Source: Candidatus Nanosynbacter lyticus (GTDB taxonomy: Bacteria; Patescibacteriota; Saccharimonadia; Saccharimonadales; Saccharimonadaceae). From it: a stretch of DNA of 32,000 nt. Location of the stretch: the NCBI RefSeq assembly GCF_000803625.1, contig NZ_CP007496.1, positions 673,139 to 705,138 on the forward strand, given 5' to 3'. This document shows, piece after piece, positions 1 through 8,780 of the stretch (position 1 is its first letter; each line of letters starts with the position of its first letter). The notes beneath the pieces are model-generated. The model made no database searches. It saw only the letters and a program-made list of their open reading frames with translations, and was not told the origin of the DNA. The translations under genes were made by a program, and so were the position numbers.

Positions 1-11
1 AGGGGGAGAAA

Positions 12-1640
12 ATGTTAATAAAAAAACGTTTTTCAAATAAAAAAGTAAAGGCATTGGCTGGAATAATGACCGCATGTCTAATTTTCGGCGGAACATTATT
101 TGCGTTACCAATACAAAATGCTAGAGGTAATGATGATTCATATCCACCCAACGATGACAATTACGAAAAGGTTTGGTGGGACGAATTTAATGACACGTCT
201 TTAAATAGAGAAAAATGGGATTATTACGTCGGCGGCTGGAACGCCAGTGAAGTTCAAAACTGCTATAAAGATTCACCCGAGAACGTTAATGTTAGTGGTG
301 GCAGCTTAAACCTGGTCGGCCTTTATAAGCCAGGTCTGACATGTAACCAAGGAAGGAACGGTGACTTTACCTCTGGATTTGTGCATACAAAAGATAAAAA
401 AGCTTGGACTTATGGCTATTTTGAAGCTCGCATAAAAATGCCAACAAATAAAAGTACTTGGCCTGCATTCTGGATGAGCCCTCAGGAAGCTAAATACGGT
501 GGCTGGCCTAAGAGTGGAGAAATCGATATCGTAGAGACAAAGGGCTCTAACTTAAATTATGCCGCTTCTGATGCTCACTGGGGAATTTCAGCAGTGAATA
601 AAAGCCACAGTCAGCGCGTAATTGGAACAGATAAATTTAGCGATACTAGCCAGTGGCATACATACGGCGTTAAGTGGACCGAAGGCAAGCTTGAATTTTA
701 TATTGACGGTAATAGATACCATGAAATTAAAAACTTTAGCCAGCCGAACTCTACTAATCACCCTGGACCCTTCAATATCCCATTTTACCTACGACTTAAC
801 CTAGCGATTGGCGGTAGCTACATTGACGCTCCATGGAAAGATGCCCATAATTCTATAGCCGACTTCCCAGCTACTATGTCAATCGACTATGTCCGTGTTT
901 ATCAGAGAAAACCGCGACAGCCTAAAAACGTCAATGTGCCAGATAGCAATTTGCGTACCCTGCTTAACCAAAAATTAGCAGCACAACTTGGGACTACTCG
1001 CACCAATGATCAAGTCATTACCGACGTAGAGCTAGAAAGCTTAACAAATCTTAACTTGGATGCAGCACCAAATGCACCACTTGATCAGCGAATTAACAAT
1101 CTTACCGGCCTAGAGGCAACTAAAAACCTCACAGCCCTGTCCCTTCAGAATAATGCAATTAGCGACCTAAGACCGCTTGCCGGACTAGCATCCTTAACTT
1201 CGCTAAATCTTAATGATCAATTAATCGCTTCAAGCACTAATACCGACTCATTTGCTTCACCTCTAAGGGATCCTGCAGGAAATACTGTCGATATAAATAA
1301 TTCAGCAGAAGTAGCTAACGATGCAGCAAACCCTGGAAAGATTAAACTACTCTCACCAATCCGTGACGGCAATCCTCATCTTATTGTCGCTAATTGGTCG
1401 AGGAACGTAACTATTGGGACAGCTTCAGCCGTCTTTAGTGGCAAACTTAATGTAACCGCCACCTTGCAAGCAGCGCCAACACCACAGCCACAGCCTAACC
1501 CTAGTACGCCAAGTAATACTCAGAAACCAGGAAAAACTCAAAGCTCTAATAATTCACTAGCAAGCACAGGATTTAATATTCTCCTGGGAGTCGTAACTGC
1601 CCTACTGATTGGTATAGCAGGCATGTTTATCCTACGATAA
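12..1640 (+). CDS. Secreted, wall-anchored glycoside hydrolase family 16 (beta-glucanase/laminarinase-like) fused to leucine-rich repeats and an LAxTG-type sorting signal
   Basis: 542-aa ORF with AGGGGGAG Shine-Dalgarno at 1-8. N-terminal signal peptide (..ALAGIMTACLIFGGTLFALPIQNA). GH16 catalytic motif E-I-D-I-V-E at aa 170-175 (nt 519-536), preceded by WPAFWM. LRR-type segments (LTNLNL, LTGLEATKNLTALSLQNNAISDLRPLAGLASLTSLNL) at aa ~340-400. P/Q/T-rich linker. C-terminal LASTG + hydrophobic helix + terminal R. Confidence 0.85.
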   Translation: MLIKKRFSNKKVKALAGIMTACLIFGGTLFALPIQNARGNDDSYPPNDDNYEKVWWDEFNDTSLNREKWDYYVGGWNASEVQNCYKDSPENVNVSGGSLNLVGLYKPGLTCNQGRNGDFTSGFVHTKDKKAWTYGYFEARIKMPTNKSTWPAFWMSPQEAKYGGWPKSGEIDIVETKGSNLNYAASDAHWGISAVNKSHSQRVIGTDKFSDTSQWHTYGVKWTEGKLEFYIDGNRYHEIKNFSQPNSTNHPGPFNIPFYLRLNLAIGGSYIDAPWKDAHNSIADFPATMSIDYVRVYQRKPRQPKNVNVPDSNLRTLLNQKLAAQLGTTRTNDQVITDVELESLTNLNLDAAPNAPLDQRINNLTGLEATKNLTALSLQNNAISDLRPLAGLASLTSLNLNDQLIASSTNTDSFASPLRDPAGNTVDINNSAEVANDAANPGKIKLLSPIRDGNPHLIVANWSRNVTIGTASAVFSGKLNVTATLQAAPTPQPQPNPSTPSNTQKPGKTQSSNNSLASTGFNILLGVVTALLIGIAGMFILR

Positions 1641-1652
1641 TCATATAAACTA

Positions 1653-1690
1653 GAAGATGTCATCACTTATGGTATGACATCTTCTTTTTG
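1653..1690 (+). terminator. Rho-independent terminator after the GH16 gene
   Basis: Perfect 11-bp stem GAAGATGTCAT (1653-1663) / ATGACATCTTC (1674-1684) followed by TTTTT (1685-1689). Confidence 0.8.
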
Positions 1691-1720
1691 TATATTTACT
1701 GTCCAGCTAAGATAGGTAAA

Positions 1721-1745
1721 GAAAAAACACCTCCGCAGAAGTGTC
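1721..1745 (-). terminator. Short hairpin terminator downstream of tRNA-Asn
   Basis: On the minus strand: ACACTTC-TGCG-GAGGTGT (7-bp stem with one G-U pair, 1727-1744) followed by TTTTT (1722-1726). It lies directly 3' of the tRNA. Confidence 0.55.
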
Positions 1746-1751
1746 TTTTCT

Positions 1752-1826
1752 TGGCTCCGGCAGCTGGGCTCGAACCAGCGACCTATTGGTTAACAGCCAA
1801 CCGCTCTACCACTGAGCTATGCCGGA
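1752..1826 (-). tRNA. tRNA-Asn (anticodon GTT), CCA encoded
   Basis: The reverse complement reads TCCGGCATAGCTCAGTGGTAGAGCGGTTGGCTGTTAACCAATAGGTCGCTGGTTCGAGCCCAGCTGCCGGAGCCA. The acceptor stem TCCGGCA/TGCCGGA pairs, the anticodon loop is CTGTTAA, a GGTTCGAGCCC T-arm is present, and the 3' end is CCA. Confidence 0.93.
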
Positions 1827-1837
1827 ATACGAATCTT

Positions 1838-1866
1838 ATTATAGCGAGTTTTTAAACAGTTGTAAA
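1838..1866 (-). promoter_or_regulatory. Sigma70-type promoter for tRNA-Asn
   Basis: Minus strand: TTTACA (1861-1866), 17-bp spacer, TATAAT (1838-1843). The -10 ends 11 nt upstream of the mature tRNA 5' end. Confidence 0.6.
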
Positions 1867-1867
1867 G

Positions 1868-2200
1868 TTACTGACGAACAATTTCTAGTGCTTTTTTCAA
1901 AATTTCTACTTCTTTGCGTGATTTTTCATCATCTTTTTCTTCTCTTTTCTTGATCTCTCTAGTCAAATTATTCCACCAAACCTCTTTTTCAGCACTACAC
2001 ACAGCCAAAGACCTTACTTCGCCGTCGCGCTTATCCAGTAATCCTGCCGACACCAAATTATCAACATGTTTAGCTACAGTTGAAACCGATTTATATCCGA
2101 GTGCACGCATAATTTCCCGCAGTGTCGGACTGTAGCCGTTACCCTTAATAAAACCATCGATGAAATCCAGCATCATTTTCTGTTTTTTCGTCAACTTCAT
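1868..2200 (-). CDS. Small transcriptional regulator with a LexA-type N-terminal winged-helix DNA-binding domain and a charged coiled-coil tail; no S24 peptidase domain
   Basis: From the ATG at 2200 the protein starts MKLTKKQKMMLDFIDGFIKGNGYSPTLREIMRALGYKSVSTVAKHVDNLVSAGLLDKRDG.., which matches the LexA N-terminal pattern (..LT.RQ..vl.fI......GypPs.REI......S.s.v..hl..L...G.l.r). The C-terminal 40 aa are K/E-rich. The ORF track starts at a GTG at 2215; the ATG at 2200 is preferred because of the homology-like N-terminus and the TATACT-N6-ATG context. Confidence 0.7.
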   Translation of the reverse strand: MKLTKKQKMMLDFIDGFIKGNGYSPTLREIMRALGYKSVSTVAKHVDNLVSAGLLDKRDGEVRSLAVCSAEKEVWWNNLTREIKKREEKDDEKSRKEVEILKKALEIVRQ

Positions 2201-2206
2201 ATCTAA

Positions 2207-2228
2207 AGTATACACTATGCGCTATACT
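2207..2228. promoter_or_regulatory. Back-to-back TATACT -10 elements for divergent, apparently leaderless genes (also a 7-bp inverted repeat)
   Basis: AAGTATA (2206-2212) and TATACTT (2223-2229) form an inverted repeat with a 10-bp spacer. Read outward, each is TATACT exactly 6 nt from an ATG (2200 on the minus strand, 2235 on the plus strand). Neither gene has a Shine-Dalgarno sequence. Confidence 0.5.
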
Positions 2229-2234
2229 TACAGT

Positions 2235-3650
2235 ATGTCAAAAAACCTCATCAATGATATTCAATTTTGGCTCCTCGTAACGGTTATTTTCGGTGGTGCA
2301 TTTGCCTTGCATCCCAGCCTCAACTTAGCAATCCTTGATTTTCCTTCATTACGATTAGGTCTATATCAGTTAGTTGCAGTCAGCCTAGTACTATCCACGA
2401 TACCGATATTATTTAAGAAACGGCAAACCTTCCTTAAAAATCGTTACCTAATTGGCGGGTTTTTAGCAATTTTTCTAGCCATGGCTATAGGCGTCTTTTT
2501 TGCCGAAGCGCATCTTCGCACTGCGCTTTATTCATTGTCGCTCTTATTTTTATTAGTTGTAGGCTTGTCGGCTGGCGTGGTTTATACAGAATTGTCAAAG
2601 ACCAAAAAACACAGATTAGTCAAGTTTGGTTTATGGAGCGGTCTGGTTTTCGGAATCTTAGCAATTATCCAGCTCGTCGTTGCCACCTTCGAACCAACTG
2701 GCTTTGGCACGCTTTGTTCTGGCTGTAAAGCTGACGTTTTTGGTTTTCCGCGCATCAATCTATTCGCCGCTGAACCACAGTTTTTAGCCAATGCCCTGCT
2801 ACCCGCCTTTTTCTTAGCCCTCTTCCAACCAAAATCCCGCCTCACTCAACTCAGTTTATTTTTCACTGCCACAGCCATAGCCTTAACCTTTTCTCGCGGC
2901 GGATTTTTAGCAATTTTTCTAGCCATTATAATTTTCATCGCTATCGCCTCAATCAAGCGCCTCAATATTTCTTTCCTCTATAAAAACCTTCCTCTGATTA
3001 TTATCGGCACGTTTTTCGGATTTACTTTACTATTTCTGTCTGCCAATATTCGCTATAGCAGTTCGCCGTTTATAGCACATAACACGCTTGTTAGTATGAT
3101 TGACCAATTATCCCTCGGCCGAATTAAAATACCGCAAAAAACTGTCATTAAAACCCAGCCAGCACCATCTTCTCAACAGAAGACCTCAGATATAAAATCC
3201 ACCCCGACAAAACAGGACTTCCAGCCTACCGGATTCGTTGAAGCTTCAGCTAACGATCGTCTTAGCGCCAGCGACCTAGCCCTTAAGTCCTGGCTGAGTT
3301 CGCCTCGTACGTTATTCTTTGGCGTCGGCCTCGGTAATCTCGGCAGCTTCATCCAAAAGCACCTCCACATTAGCGTACCGACCGACCAAACCGTCTACAT
3401 TTTCTACGTTTTACTACTTAGCGGACTCGGCATCATTGGCTTATTGCCGCTCATCCTACCATCTCTTACAATTATCTTCTTTGCTATAAAAAATATCTGC
3501 CACCCTAAAGCGCAGCTTATCTTTTCATTAACCACTGCACTACTTATCCATTTCTGGTTTTTTGGCAGTTTTATTAACACAATTCATTGTTTTGCTATAA
3601 TTGGTATATTTTTGTATAATTACCCCAGAGATTATGCGGAAAAAGTCTGA
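2235..3650 (+). CDS. Polytopic membrane protein of the O-antigen ligase / O-antigen polymerase (Wzy_C-like) family
   Basis: About 10-12 hydrophobic helices. It has a Wzy_C-like core (..ALTFSRGGFLAIFLAIIIFIAI..) and a long hydrophilic loop (aa ~320-390 of the track ORF). The ORF track start at 2160 would overlap the divergent gene, so ATG 2235 (or 2217) is preferred. Confidence 0.65.
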   Translation: MSKNLINDIQFWLLVTVIFGGAFALHPSLNLAILDFPSLRLGLYQLVAVSLVLSTIPILFKKRQTFLKNRYLIGGFLAIFLAMAIGVFFAEAHLRTALYSLSLLFLLVVGLSAGVVYTELSKTKKHRLVKFGLWSGLVFGILAIIQLVVATFEPTGFGTLCSGCKADVFGFPRINLFAAEPQFLANALLPAFFLALFQPKSRLTQLSLFFTATAIALTFSRGGFLAIFLAIIIFIAIASIKRLNISFLYKNLPLIIIGTFFGFTLLFLSANIRYSSSPFIAHNTLVSMIDQLSLGRIKIPQKTVIKTQPAPSSQQKTSDIKSTPTKQDFQPTGFVEASANDRLSASDLALKSWLSSPRTLFFGVGLGNLGSFIQKHLHISVPTDQTVYIFYVLLLSGLGIIGLLPLILPSLTIIFFAIKNICHPKAQLIFSLTTALLIHFWFFGSFINTIHCFAIIGIFLYNYPRDYAEKV

Positions 3651-5055
3651 TTTTTACTTCAAAGTTGTTCTGGTCGTTCTTGATATCTTGGCTTTATTGA
3701 GCGCCTTTACTATTGCCTATATTTTACGCATATCCTTAGATCCTAGACCGTTCCACGTCAGTATCAATGCTTTAGATTTCATTACGTCTATCGCTATGAC
3801 CTTACCGCTATGGATTATAATGTTCTATTTCTTCGGACTTTACGACCGCGAAAGCTACACCCATCCTTTACGCCAATTTGGACGAATTCTTCTGGCATCA
3901 GTTACCGGAATTATGATTATGATTTCAGTAACTTTTTTCACCAACACGCCGCTGTTTCCAGCCAAGCTTGTCGCTGTCTATGCTACCGTGATTGGCTTTG
4001 CTCTATTGATGGTTTTTCGTAGCACCGCCAATATCATTCGTTTACGGTTATTAAAACGTGGATTGGGTGCACGTCGAGTCGTAATAGTCGGCAATTGCGA
4101 CTTAACTCATGTTTTAGCCGATTTTATTGAGAATAATCCACTAACTGGCTTTAGGGTCAGCGGAATTGTAGCACGAGCTGAGTTTATACCGATTGAGCTG
4201 AAAAGTCTCAGACGCTCATCATTAGAATCAGCACTAACCAGAGATAAAATTGACGTTATTATCCAAACTGATTCAAAAAATGTTAATAACAATTACCAGC
4301 TCGCCCAGAAACATTATTTAGATTTTTATCAAGCACCAGAATTTGACGGAATTATGACCACTAAGCACACGATTGACATCATTGATTCCGTGCCGCTAAT
4401 TCACGCCCACCCAACACCGCTGATGGGCTATGGCCAGATTGTGAAACGAGTTATGGATATTGTCGGCGGAACAATTGGTATTATTTTAGCCTCGCCGATA
4501 ATGCTTTTGGTAGCAATTGCCGTGAAAATTAGCGATCCAGCCGGCCCAATCCTGATGCACGGCAAACAACAAAAGCGTCTCACTCGTTACAACCGGCCGT
4601 TCAAAGTTTACAAATTCCGCTCGCATTATGCCAAATTTGACGGTAAGACTGACGAAGAAGTATTCCAAATGGTCGGCAAACCGGAGCTGATTGAAGAATA
4701 TCGTAAAAACGGCGATAAACTTGATCAAGATTTTCGCGTTACGCCAGTCGGCCGTTTTATCCGCCGGTTTAGTCTGGATGAATTGCCGCAGTTGTTTAAT
4801 GTCCTAAAGGGTGACATCAGCCTAGTTGGACCGCGTGCTTTAGTACCGCATGAACTCAGCGCATACGATAAAAAACATGTTTTACTGGCGGTAAAATCCG
4901 GATTGACTGGGCTGGCGGTAGTCTCTGGCAGGCGCAGTATTAGCTTTGAGGAACGGCGGCGAATTGATCTATACTACGTACAGAACTGGAGTTTATGGTT
5001 GGATATTACTATTCTATTAAAAACCTGCTTGGTTATTTTCCAAAAGGATAATTGA
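3634..5055 (+). CDS. Polyprenyl-phosphate hexose-1-phosphate transferase (WbaP/CpsE-type initiating phosphoglycosyl transferase, Bac_transf family)
   Basis: N-terminal TM bundle, central Rossmann-like segment (RRVVIVGNCDL), and a C-terminal sugar-transferase domain with hallmark motifs KRVMDIVGG.., YKFRSH and LDELPQLFNVLKGDISLVGPRA. The track ORF begins at TTG 3601; ATG 3634 (MRKKSDF) is the likely start. Confidence 0.88.
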   Translation: MRKKSDFYFKVVLVVLDILALLSAFTIAYILRISLDPRPFHVSINALDFITSIAMTLPLWIIMFYFFGLYDRESYTHPLRQFGRILLASVTGIMIMISVTFFTNTPLFPAKLVAVYATVIGFALLMVFRSTANIIRLRLLKRGLGARRVVIVGNCDLTHVLADFIENNPLTGFRVSGIVARAEFIPIELKSLRRSSLESALTRDKIDVIIQTDSKNVNNNYQLAQKHYLDFYQAPEFDGIMTTKHTIDIIDSVPLIHAHPTPLMGYGQIVKRVMDIVGGTIGIILASPIMLLVAIAVKISDPAGPILMHGKQQKRLTRYNRPFKVYKFRSHYAKFDGKTDEEVFQMVGKPELIEEYRKNGDKLDQDFRVTPVGRFIRRFSLDELPQLFNVLKGDISLVGPRALVPHELSAYDKKHVLLAVKSGLTGLAVVSGRRSISFEERRRIDLYYVQNWSLWLDITILLKTCLVIFQKDN

Positions 5056-6197
5056 TGAGCAAGCCAAAGATTGCCATAGTTCACGACTGGCTGTATGGCG
5101 GCGGCGCGGAAAAAGTCGTCTTAGAAATCCACAAATTATACCCAGAGGCACCAATTTATACTTCTTTTTGCAGCGATGAATGGCGACAAAAACTAGATAA
5201 TAAAGTCATTACTGGCTATTTGCAGCGCTGGCCATTTTCAAAACTCCGTCGCTTTTTGCCGCTCTTGAGGCAATGGTGGTTTGCGCGGCTCGACCTTAGT
5301 CAATATGACATTATCCTCTCTAGCTCGGGCAACGGCGAAGCTAAATTTGTCCGTAAGTCCCGCCCCGAACAACTGCATATTTGCTATTGCCACACGCCAA
5401 CGCACTTTTATTGGCGGCACTATGATGAATATATTAAGCGCCCCAGTTTTCGTCCGCGCTGGCTAGCCAGATTAGGCTTAAAAACTTTGGTTCGTCCGCT
5501 GAAAAAACGCGATTTTATTGCTGCCCAGCAAGTTGATATTTTCATTGCCAATTCCACCGGCATCCAAGCTGATATCACAGAATTTTACCAGAAAAAAAGC
5601 ACTATTATTTTTCCGCCCATTGACCTATCGAATTTCTCGCCGCTATCTAAAACTCGTCAGAAAAAAATCATTCCTAAAAAGCCGCGTTGCCTGATTTGGG
5701 GACGAATTGTGCCGATGAAGCGACTTGATGTAGCTATCAACGCCTGTCAAAAACTTGGTTGGAAACTAGATATTATAGGTAAGGGTCCCGACATGGACCG
5801 TCTAAAAAAACTGGCCGGCCCACATACAAATTTCTTAGGATTTGTTGATGATGCAACGCGGGAAAAGTACATAAAAGAAGCCGATTTATTTATTTTTTGT
5901 TCACACGAAGACTTTGGTATCGCGCCAGTTGAGGCTTTAGCGGCAGGAATTCCGGTAATCGCTTACCAAGCAGGCGGCGCACTTGATTATATTAAACCAG
6001 AAAAAAACGGCTGGTTTTTCTCAGAACAAACGGCCGAACAATTGGTAAAAACTTTGAAAGAGTTGCCAGGCAAAAAAATTTCGCCAGCAAAAATTTCTGC
6101 TACTGCCAATGAATTCTCAGCCGCCATTTTCCGCAAATCAATGAAAAATATAGTTGAAAAATCATGGAAGGAGTATTCTCATGAAAATCGCCATTGA
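5055..6197 (+). CDS. Glycosyltransferase family 4 (GT-B fold)
   Basis: Starts KIAIVHDWLYGGGAEKV. C-terminal GT1/GT4 motif EDFGIAPVEALAAGIPVIAYQAGGALDYI (E-x7-E). Its ATG overlaps the upstream TGA (TGATG at 5053-5057). Confidence 0.85.
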   Translation: MSKPKIAIVHDWLYGGGAEKVVLEIHKLYPEAPIYTSFCSDEWRQKLDNKVITGYLQRWPFSKLRRFLPLLRQWWFARLDLSQYDIILSSSGNGEAKFVRKSRPEQLHICYCHTPTHFYWRHYDEYIKRPSFRPRWLARLGLKTLVRPLKKRDFIAAQQVDIFIANSTGIQADITEFYQKKSTIIFPPIDLSNFSPLSKTRQKKIIPKKPRCLIWGRIVPMKRLDVAINACQKLGWKLDIIGKGPDMDRLKKLAGPHTNFLGFVDDATREKYIKEADLFIFCSHEDFGIAPVEALAAGIPVIAYQAGGALDYIKPEKNGWFFSEQTAEQLVKTLKELPGKKISPAKISATANEFSAAIFRKSMKNIVEKSWKEYSHENRH

Positions 6198-7284
6198 CGC
6201 TCGCACATTACGAACAAGTACTGGACGCTACATTGAACGGCTGATTCATTATCTACAAAAGATTGATAAGAAAAATGACTATATTATTCTACTAAAGCCA
6301 AAGGATTTCGATAGCTGGCAGCCAACTAATCCGCGTTTTCAAAAAGTAGCTTGCCCTTATAAAGAATATACTTTTGCTGAACAAATTGATTTTAAAAAAC
6401 AATTGGAGGGGCTGAATCTAGACCTGGTGCATTTTGCAATGGTTCAGCAGCCGGTTTGGTATCATGCTAGTCCAGTCGTCACCACCATGCAAGACCTAAC
6501 CACTGTTCGGTTTAGAAATCCTGATAAAAATCCCGTTATATTCTGGATAAAGCAACAAATTTACAAATGGGTCAATAAAAAAGTCGCTCGAAAATCCGCT
6601 CATATTATCACTATTTCCGATTTCGTGAAAAATGATTTGGTTGGATTTACTGGTATTAGTCCAGATAAAATTACAGTGACACTGGAGTCGGCTGACGAAC
6701 TACCAAAGGGTAACGAGCCTGTTAAAGATCTGATTGGCAAGAAATTTATTATGTATATCGGTAGGCCAACACCGCATAAAAATTTACGGCGGCTGATTGA
6801 TGCTTTTGCATTATTGCAAAAAAAATATCCAGAGTTGACTTTAGCTTTAGCTGGCAAAAAAGACAGTAATTATGCTCGCCACGAAGCATATGTCAATAAG
6901 CATGGAATTAAAAATGTCGTATTCACTGACTTTATATCAGATGAACAATTGCGCTGGATGTATGAAAATACGGCTGTTTATTGTTTCCCCTCACTTAGCG
7001 AAGGATTTGGCTTGCCAGGTCTTGAGGCAATGCTACACGGCGCGCCAGTTGCTTCAAGCACCACTACTTGCCTGCCAGAAACTCACGGCGATGCCGCTCA
7101 CTATTTTGATCCGTATGATGTCGAGGATATAGCGCGAGCTATTGATGAAATTTTGTCTGACGAAAAGCTACGTCGAGAATTGATTAAAAAAGGCAAACAG
7201 CACGTCAAAACTTTCTCCTGGCAGCGGATGGCCGAGCAGACGCTAGCGGTTTATGAACAATACGGTAGCCAGAATAAAAACTAG
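6181..7284 (+). CDS. Glycosyltransferase family 4 (GT-B fold)
   Basis: GGAAGGAG SD at 6167-6174. Starts MKIAIDARTL... Motif SLSEGFGLPGLEAMLHGAPVASSTTTCLPETHGDAA (E-x7-E). It overlaps the upstream gene by 17 nt. Confidence 0.85.
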   Translation: MKIAIDARTLRTSTGRYIERLIHYLQKIDKKNDYIILLKPKDFDSWQPTNPRFQKVACPYKEYTFAEQIDFKKQLEGLNLDLVHFAMVQQPVWYHASPVVTTMQDLTTVRFRNPDKNPVIFWIKQQIYKWVNKKVARKSAHIITISDFVKNDLVGFTGISPDKITVTLESADELPKGNEPVKDLIGKKFIMYIGRPTPHKNLRRLIDAFALLQKKYPELTLALAGKKDSNYARHEAYVNKHGIKNVVFTDFISDEQLRWMYENTAVYCFPSLSEGFGLPGLEAMLHGAPVASSTTTCLPETHGDAAHYFDPYDVEDIARAIDEILSDEKLRRELIKKGKQHVKTFSWQRMAEQTLAVYEQYGSQNKN

Positions 7285-7718
7285 CTTTCTTGACCAGTAG
7301 CCTGATTAATACGCGTAGACGAATCTGCTTTATTTGTACCGCCAACTCCATATACCATTTCGATGTTGTATTTTTCACAAACATTACGCTCTGGTACAAC
7401 CTCTGGCGCCGATCGATCGCCGCCATTAGCAAATACCAATTGACAACCTGGATACTGTCGCGCAATCATTTCCAGCGTCTCCGTTACTGGCGGCTCTTCG
7501 TCAATAGACAACATTACTTGATCAACACCTTTTAATGCTCGCATTAATCGAAGCCGATTTTCCTCATTGAGAATGATTTTTCCTTTTTTAAGCAATTGCT
7601 GTTTGTCGTTATTAACAACCACAATCAAATAATCACCCATTTTTGCCGCTGCTTCAATCATGCCTAAATGTCCACCGTGCAATGGATTAAAATAGCCACT
7701 AACAATTACAACCTTCAT
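7281..7718 (-). CDS. Small cytidylyltransferase-like nucleotidyltransferase (TagD / HldC-RfaE domain II-like)
   Basis: 145 aa. N-terminal MKVVIVSGYFNPLHGGHLGMIEAA carries the (T/H)xGH signature of the cytidylyltransferase superfamily. GGAGGAAAT SD upstream on the minus strand. Substrate cannot be assigned by eye. Confidence 0.65.
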   Translation of the reverse strand: MKVVIVSGYFNPLHGGHLGMIEAAAKMGDYLIVVVNNDKQQLLKKGKIILNEENRLRLMRALKGVDQVMLSIDEEPPVTETLEMIARQYPGCQLVFANGGDRSAPEVVPERNVCEKYNIEMVYGVGGTNKADSSTRINQATGQES

Positions 7719-7749
7719 ATTTCCTCCTCTGTAACTTCTATATTATACC

Positions 7750-8778
<1,029 letters not shown>

Positions 8779-8780
8779 TT

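Noticed and set aside
622-804. Short ORFs nested inside or antisense to the large genes. Examples from the track: 622-804, 1914-2135, 2582-2845, 3173-3370, 3810-4022, 4107-4292, 4486-4728, 5238-5466, 6600-7132, 7205-7535, 7870-8118, 8290-8764, 8863-9330, 8894-9311, 9408-9599, 9867-10127, 10599-10944, 13149-13716, 13959-14277, 18047-18268, 19628-19813, 20583-21687, 22110-22399, 23054-23402, 26905-27231, 27444-27683, 29384-29758.
   Set aside because: Each lies entirely within a longer ORF that has clear family motifs. They have no SD or promoter context, and their composition is low-complexity or Arg/Ser/Pro-rich, as expected of frame shadows. I treated them as non-coding artefacts.
1641-1867. 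tRNA-Asn next to an accessory-looking surface protein gene, considered as a possible genomic-island integration site.
   Set aside because: There is no integrase, no partial duplication of the tRNA 3' end and no other mobile-element signature in the window. The region is fully explained by terminators and a tRNA promoter.
2160-2234. N-terminal extensions of track ORFs: 2160, 3601 (TTG), 5052 (TTG), 6154, 8700, 11988, 29388 (TTG), the 31778-31828 extension of rpmH, and GTG 2215 for the LexA-like gene.
   Set aside because: The extensions overlap upstream genes or divergent promoters and add non-homologous residues. Downstream ATGs with SD or -10 context give canonical N-termini, for example MPKRTFQP for L34 and MFDPNDY for RmlC.
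5589-5600. Homopolymeric A runs within coding regions (e.g. ~5591-5597, ~28876-28882), considered as frameshift or phase-variation sites.
   Set aside because: The runs are 8 nt or shorter, the reading frames are intact on both sides, and such runs are expected in AT-rich DNA. There is no evidence of pseudogenisation.
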